Below are positions 61,436 through 64,000 of a DNA stretch of 64,000 nucleotides, piece after piece. The position numbers and the translations under genes were made by a program. The stretch is from Carcharhinus longimanus. Taxonomy: Eukaryota. The stretch spans positions 25,792,339 to 25,856,338 of the forward strand of contig JASCQW010000190.1 of the NCBI GenBank assembly GCA_030264375.1, read 5' to 3'. Under the pieces are notes generated by a model that did not search any database, was not told the origin of the DNA, and was given only the letters and a program-made list of their open reading frames with translations. The first letter of the stretch is position 1. Every line of letters begins with the position of its first letter.

Positions 61436-63819
61436 CCAGGTTCTTTATTTCCTTAAGAACGCAGCACAAAATTGAGAGGTTCCATCAGGATCTGGAGGTT
61501 CCTGGGATGTCCTTGGGCCAACTTAATGAAGTTCCCGGACCAACTTAATGTTTGTTTTGATATGAAACACAAAGTGGCATAGTTCTTCTGTTGGTTAATA
61601 GGAGGTATTTGGGTTTCTCTTTAAATGTTAACTGTCTCTCGTCATCCTGTAACACCCTACTGATAACCTGGCAATTAACTTAAGAGCAGCTTGAATCTGG
61701 TGAGCTGAATTAGAATGCCAGTTTGGAGTGAACTGCTCTGGTGCAGAATAATGACAAATAGTTCATTCTCTTCAGCTATTGCTGTGAATTTGCTGTAGCG
61801 AGACATTATAAACAAAGGAGTCTGATATGAATTTTTGTTTCAAATGTCTCTATCTTCATGGGTCTTTAGGCGCAGTCCACTTCCAGCCTTCGGGAGATCC
61901 TCATCTGACTTAGCATAGAGGTCTGCAACATTACACACTGACCAAAGAAAAATGTCCCATTGTGGGGAACCTCATTTCCCACCCTGGTCATACTCCCTTT
62001 GACATAGCTAACCTTGAAAGGGATGAGGCTCAGGTCATTATCCAGAGGATACGGACTAGGCTTAATTGGTAAAAAAAACTAAAGGGAGATTAGGAGAAAT
62101 GTTTTCACACTATGAGTTGTTATGACCTGGGATATACTGTCTGAAAAAGTGGTGGAAACCTACTCAACTTTCAAAAGGAATTGGTTAAATACTTGAAGGG
62201 GAAAAATTTGCAGAGCCATGGGGAAAAGGCAAGGGAGTAGGACTAATTGGATAGCTATTTCAAAGTTCTGGCACAGGTCAAATGGGTTGCAACATTCTGT
62301 AACTGTGTGACTACCAGGAGTAAATCAGGATCAACTGCAACCAGGTTCAAACCTCTTTCAAACCACTGTTATGGTGGAAGTTCCAATGAACAGCTGGAGA
62401 TATTCTGTCCTACTTATTTTATATTCTGCAACATTCACTGGACAGTGAAATGAAGTGTGAAGCTGCCACAAATATTATAGCTCTGACTTTGGGAGATCAG
62501 CAAGATCTGTGCCACAAATGCTGGCAGCACACTCAGCTGACCATGCCCAATCTTGCTAGGTTAGCTCATTTGAATAATTATCATATTTTCCAAGCACAAC
62601 ATTACCCTTGCACTGACAGCTGGGCTAATTGGCGAATGCAAAAATCTGACTCGCAGCTGAAATTTAAAGCATGTGCACACTTAAATGTAAATTGTTGAAT
62701 ATAGAGAAAATATAATTACAGGCAAAATAAAGCTTCAAGACAGATCTTAGTAAATCTTCCCATCAGCCGCGCTTCATTAATTTCTCTCCCTCTTCAAAAC
62801 CATACAACACTATTGATACCTCAAAGAATTTTCATACTCACCACTGAAATTAAACCTAACAGTTTCAAAATTACACACGCTGTAGCAGAAACAATTAATG
62901 CACAGAGAAAATTCTAATTCATGTTATGAAAAATATCAAACTCTTAATAACAGCTATGATTCAATAATCCACCTTTAAGAAACTGAATAAGCCAGCCAGA
63001 CAGCAGAAGTAACCATGCATCGATTTTACACAGACAAGCTCAATGCCGGAATAAAATACATCAACATCTTGTGAATTATTCTTGTACATTAGCCTAAACT
63101 TAGTAAGACAGTCAAAAAATATGTTTAGATTGTGACAATTCACAGATTAAACTATGTCTGTTGCAAAGTGGATAGATGATAGTTTTGCAATAGAAGTCAA
63201 CCCTTTATTTTCAAAAGGTGCTGGCAGTGAAAGACTTGGTAAGGGACATTGTCAGTAGAATATTTTTCCAGGTACTGCAAAATTCAGCAAAAATGCAATT
63301 CTTAAAGTGATGCACTGGACCATAAAAGAGGAATTTGTAGCTGCAGCATAAAGAGTGGATTTGTTATTCAGAAAAGCAGTGTGTTTAGTGTGGCTCTTTT
63401 GAATATTGATGAGTTGATAGTCCTGCTCCACTAAGTATGTGAAATAGACTTATTTGGAGTTAAAGGCTAACCTCAAATAAAAGCACATCTGGATGGACGG
63501 AAATTGCTAAATTAGTGCGATCACCAAGTCTATTGTATCCTAGTGCAAGTGAGGAAAACAGGGCAGAATCTTTTACAGGGACTCATGGATTGGCTTCACT
63601 TCAACTTCCCCTCTCTCTCCATCCTTCTCCCCTTCATAATTCATGAGGATGAAGTTCTAGCTTTCCTTTTCCTCTCGCTTATCATCTTCTCATATTTTTC
63701 ATCCTCTGACAACCCCCTCCTCCCACCCCATCCCCCCAACCTGACATCATTACTGGACAGATCTTCAGGGGAGAATAGAACAAGATAAGGACTGGTGAGA
63801 ATTATCACCTTGGAATGAA

Positions 63820-64000
63820 AGAGACAAGGCAGTGGAAGCTTGACACAATGACTTGGTACTATTGCTCCCAACCTTGTTATTTCCTACTAGTAAAAATGAG
63901 TGCATCCCTACCTGGTGTATCTGGATTTCCAGAAGGCACTTAACAAGGTGCCACACCAAGGACTGCTACATAAGATAAAGTGCACTGTGTTACGTAATGT
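63820..64000 (+). mobile_element. CR1 RT fragment
   Basis: LVYLDFQKALNKVPHQGLLHKIK (cf. VYLDFQKAFDKVPH.RLL.K). Confidence 0.8.

Overview
Vertebrate genomic DNA, most likely from a shark or other elasmobranch (inferred from HE1/V-SINE-like SINEs, Deu-domain SINEs and abundant CR1, L2 and Penelope remnants). It is a draft assembly with several N gaps. The only host gene I can support is the 5' end of ZFPM1 (FOG1, Friend of GATA 1) on the minus strand. It has a CpG-island promoter (~53.7-54.1 kb), a 40-nt coding exon 1 (53575-53614, NuRD-binding motif MSRRKQSNPRQIK), a ~46.5 kb intron 1, and a 132-nt exon 2 (6965-7096); the remaining exons lie beyond position 1. The rest is transposon debris (CR1, L2, SINEs, Penelope ends, a Gypsy integrase remnant, a Harbinger Myb/SANT remnant, a hAT-like fragment) interspersed with repeat-poor intronic blocks. 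Second-look items: dense, partly helically phased GATA-motif clusters in intron 1; a candidate in-frame cryptic terminal or poison exon; uORFs and an extra splice donor in the 5' leader; a 29-bp E-box-rich minisatellite abutting the promoter; a palindromic insertion with an 11-bp TSD carrying a near-intact minimal hammerhead ribozyme core; a transposase-like fragment flanked by a 15-bp direct repeat; and a perfect 49-bp inverted repeat. No convincingly new multi-gene system is evident. Repeat family names and boundaries were assigned by eye and are approximate.
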